A DNA stretch of 64,000 bases from Macrostomum hystrix (taxonomy: Eukaryota > Animalia > Platyhelminthes). Below the pieces are notes generated by a model that was given only the letters and a program-made list of their open reading frames with translations, was not told the DNA's origin and searched no databases. The position numbers were made by a program, and so were the translations under genes. Position 1 is the first letter of the stretch. Each line of letters opens with the position of its first letter. The DNA lies in contig CATNEN010000038.1 of NCBI GenBank assembly GCA_950097015.1, positions 31,186,001-31,250,000 of the forward strand, written 5' to 3'. Positions 59,851 through 64,000 of this stretch are shown here, in pieces.

Positions 59851-62513
59851 GAGATACGAGGTAGATGCTGACCCAATATTTTGTGTAAATCCCCGACCTT
59901 ACCCTCTAGTACTGTTTGTTAATTTCTTAAAAATGAAAGCTAGCTGATTCTGGCTTGATTTTCTAGCTTTAAATTCAATAAATGTGTTTCTATTGTTTGA
60001 CACCAAGCTTGTTGGAAACGCGTTTATCCATCCGTTCACGATATCAAATATTCCCTTTAGTATAGGCTACCAGGGGCGTAGCCAGGATTTTTTTTGGGGA
60101 CGTCGGTTTTGGTTCTATCCAGCGTATCCAGAATAAAAAAACACTTAATTCATTTCTTTCGAAAAAAATGAATGCGAAAAAATTTGAGACATCAAATTTT
60201 GGGGGTATCGGCCGATACACCGATACACCGATGTGTGGAATTCCCCATTTTTTAGCTGTTTTACTCTCTGTACGTGGATTCTATTTTTAGAATTACTTAA
60301 TTCTAAAGCACTGCTTCTAAATGTGTACTGGATACCATTTACTTGTACACTAAGCTATCCCAAGGCAATCCCGTGGCTAAGCCGTGGACCAACCGGGGAA
60401 TTATCAGTGCAACTTGGAACCAAATAACAAAAAACGTATTTGCTGCTTGTAATTTTCAGGAATCAATTGTAATCCCAAAGCTTTACTGAAATCAACAATT
60501 GAGGATCATCATAATTGATTAGGAATTTTTTTTTACACTTTTTCGAATACGGCCTTTAGGCTATGGTTATGCACTAATACAATAACGTCTAAGTGAAACC
60601 ATTTCGTTCATTTTCTATTGTGGTGGGTGTGGTGGGTGCATGGATGTTTGACGACTTTGAAAAGTTTCTTTGTGAAAATCTAAATTAAACAAGTAAACTA
60701 GCGGGTAAAAGCTTTTTCAGTTGAATTCGAGCAAATCCAGATGTTTTACGCTTTCACTTTCAGCAGTATGTCGTTCCATAAATATTAATTTCGAAAGAAC
60801 ACTAAAATACTCGTAATAGAGAATAGCCATTTTCATAAGCTTCCGAAATGTCTTACTTATTATGATGCCGATGTCGCGGTTGATTCTCATTGACTTATTT
60901 TGATACGATTCGCGTGCTATCGACGGTCGACCTGGGATCATCGACTGAGTTTCGATTAATCCGATTTCAATAAGTTTTCAGCGGAAGTCAATGTTTTCCT
61001 GCTGATGCTAAAGTAACCAGCTAGATCTCTGAAAAAAAGGATTGAGTGGCATAAGTTAACAGAATAACTAACTACCTAGGGCCCACATGACAAATTTTGC
61101 TGTGCCTGAACGGAAAAATGCAAGCCCAAGAAACTGTAGAACACGGGACAACTATTTGTTGCTCATCTTCTGAAACACGAGTCAAGTCGCCACACTCGCC
61201 AGCTCTTCAAACCGTCAATATATTCAATGGTTCTGGCCGTAGGTAGGATTTTTCCCATAAGCGCTAGTGTATTTCAATCACCCCCATGCACGAATTAGCA
61301 CTGCGCCTCAGTGCGGCCATGCCAAGCCTACAAAATTTGTCAGCATGTCACCCGAGTGTGCCTGCATCATCTCCGTCTTCGGTGGTCACCTACCTTTTTG
61401 CACGGAATGTGGCCACTATGGACACCCTGACGCGAATTTCTCAAATTTACTGAACAAGTCTAAATACGAGGCGCAGCTCAACATGACACGTTACCGCCTA
61501 GTCTGTCAACCATCAGCCATCACCCAACGCTGTTAGCATTCAGGCGCTGCTAAAAAGATTTTCAGGTGGGCCGGGGGAGAAATCCCTCTGGCATAAAACG
61601 GGGGGGGCAAAACGCAATTCACTTGTGATTACGGCCATAGACAAAACGACGCTTTTATTATTGCGTGTTGGAACAGACTCCGGTCATTGCGTCCTTGTGG
61701 ACATTACATTACATATATTTGGACATAGACAATTAATTATTAAACGCGACTGACTCTAGAATCTCGAGTCATTGACGAGCCAGTTGACATGAAATAGACC
61801 GTAAATAAAAAGTAATGAATTTTCAGACTTAAGATAGTAAACAGTGCGAATTCTCAAAAAATTATAAATAATAATCCATATTCATTCATAGTCGTAGAAT
61901 TTGACAGCTCTGCTGTGCAAGTGTACTTACTTGTTCCTTATGTTATTTCAGAAGGCTCGATTGACGATGAAAGTTTGTAGAATCACATTTGTCACGAAGC
62001 AGCCTTATTTATAAAAAATGGCAAAACCAGAATGCTGTTCTCGTACGAGCGTATTTGTTGCTAAAAATAGCTTTTAGGACAGTATCTGAAAATAGTCCGC
62101 GCGCACACAGAACGCAAAGCGTTTCTCTGGGTGTTTTAAACCCTCCCCTATGTACATCTGTCATCTTATTACAGGTGTTCTATGCTAGCTAAAGCACAAG
62201 AAAACGCACACGCGATGAAAGCGAGAAGGAGAAGACATGCAGTGTAATTCAGCAAGCTGCCAGATTTACTTTTTTATCCGCACTGTAAATTTGTACACAA
62301 CGCATAGAAGTTTCAAGGTAGACTTGACGGAAAAGCCGTGGAAATGCCGCATTTCGGCTCATTATTTAGCCGGACTAGGCAGGACAAAGTTTGTTGAAAG
62401 CAATATAATTCTATCGTAAAATTTATTCTACATGCAAACACGTAATTTAAAAGAAACAATGCCAAACACAACATCGGAGCCGGATCTAGCCTCTGAATTC
62501 AGCGGTCTCTCAC

Positions 62514-64000
62514 ATGAGCAGTGAGCACGAGTCACTTCCGACAGGCACCGGACTTGAGCTTCAAAATTCCGCTTTGTCGACTGGAAACTCGAATTCGTCA
62601 ACGGCGATCAGCTTTGAAATTGGTTCGAGTTCAGCTATTGAAAGTGCCCATAGAAGTATGCCAGGTGCGAGGTTTTTATATAATTGGTCAATAAATAAAT
62701 ATCTGACCGATAAATATCTGACCCATAAATATCTGACCCATTAATATCTGACCCATAAATACCTGACCCATAAATATCTGACCCATAAATATCTGACCCA
62801 TAAATATCTGACCCATAAATATCTGACCCATAAATATCTGACCCATAAATATCTGACCCATAAATATCTGACCCATAAATATCTGACCCATAAATATCGG
62901 ATCAATAAATATCTGATCAACAAATGTCTGACCAATAAATATCTTATCAATAAATGTCTGACCAACAAATGTCTGGTTAGTCTGGACTGATAAATGACTG
63001 ACCAATAAATTTCTGGCCGATAAATGCCTGACCGATAAATATCTGACATATTAATGTCTGATCAATAAATATCTGATCAACAAATGTCTGACTGATAAAT
63101 TTCTGACCAATAAATGTCTGACCAATAAATGTCTCAACCGATTAATTTCAGACTGATATGACTGATTAGTTTCTGAATGATCGTTGTCCGAACGATCGTG
63201 CCTAATCAATGTATGCCAGAATGTCTGGACGGATGCATGGATAGATGGAGATGGATGGTTGGATTGATGGATGGATGCATGAATAAATGGATGTATGGAT
63301 GGATGGATGGGTGGATGGATAGGTGGGTGGATGGATGGATGGATGGATGGATGGATGGATGGATGGGTGGATGGATGGGTGGATGGATAGGTGGGTGGAT
63401 GGATGGATGGATGGATGGATGGATGGATGGATGGGTGGATGGATGGATGGATGGATGGATGGATGGATGGATGGATGGATGGATGGATGGATGGATGGAT
63501 GGGTGGATGGATGGGTGGATGGATAGGTGGGTGGATGGATGGATGGATGGATGGATGGATGGATGGATGGGTGGATGGATGGATGGATGGATGGATGGGT
63601 GGATAGATGCATGGGTGGATTGATGGATAGATGGATGCATGGATGGATGGGTGGATGGATGGATGGATGGGTGGATAGATGCATGGGTGGATTGATGGAT
63701 GGATGGATGGATGGACGGTTGGATGGATGGTTGGATTGATGGATGGATAGGTATTAGGGATGGATTTGAAACAAAGTACTAAAGATCAATCTCTCTTATG
63801 TTCTTGTGTCCATTTCAGGACTTACATCGGCTAACTTATTTGGCGCCACTTCCAACAGCGAAGACAGCGGAACAATGTCTCAGTTGTCAACAGAAGATCA
63901 GAACGATAGCCGACAAAGAGTAGAGAATTTCGCCTCTCACACAATTTCATCGTCCACCGCGGCCAGAGGCCATAGAAGGTGTCACTCCATGACTACTGCA
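62514..64000 (+). CDS. Probable 5' part of a Ser/Thr-rich protein gene, join(62514..62664,63819..>64000)
   Basis: [17 protein letters not shown]|gtgcga is phase 1 and joins catttcag|GA CTT ACA.., which stays open to the window end ([29 protein letters not shown]). Confidence 0.5.
62693..63135 (+). repeat. 15-bp minisatellite (taaatatctgaccca)n, degenerating rightwards
   Basis: Seen directly in the sequence. Confidence 0.93.
63225..63750 (+). repeat. (GGAT)n microsatellite
   Basis: About 500 bp of GGAT/GGGT tetramers. Confidence 0.97.

Noticed and set aside
60072-60250. caggggcgtagccagg MITE-like terminus
   Set aside because: No matching inverted end found nearby; too fragmentary to call.
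62688-63739. ORFs (GQIFM)n, (WMDG)n, (HPSI)n
   Set aside because: Translations of simple repeats.

Overview
Eukaryotic, probably invertebrate animal, genomic DNA: AT-rich, with spliceosomal introns and many repeats. Genes: (i) exons of a Cys-rich extracellular-type gene running off the left end; (ii) two tandem two-exon paralogs encoding ~116-117 aa secreted 6-Cys precursors, whose signal-peptide exons the ORF track misses; (iii) four BIR-BIR-UBA-RING IAP genes, each with one coding exon; (iv) a probable gene start at the right end. The four IAPs share a ~1.6-kb near-identical core with a sharp 5' border but have highly divergent N-termini and tails, and they sit partly in inverted orientation. 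This constant-core/variable-end arrangement is the most notable system here. Mobile DNA: tRNA-derived SINEs (two families plus a chimera), a palindromic MITE, a spliced THAP fragment, a full-length defective DD34D mariner, an 8-kb Foldback/NOF-like (MULE) element with ~2.2-kb TIRs and a 9-bp TSD, and a 22-kb head-to-tail array of ~12 non-autonomous Helitron-like units carrying a 15-bp minisatellite. A ~2-kb CpG-depleted, TpA-rich island looks like a hypermutated spliced pseudogene. All alignments and counts were done by eye and are approximate.
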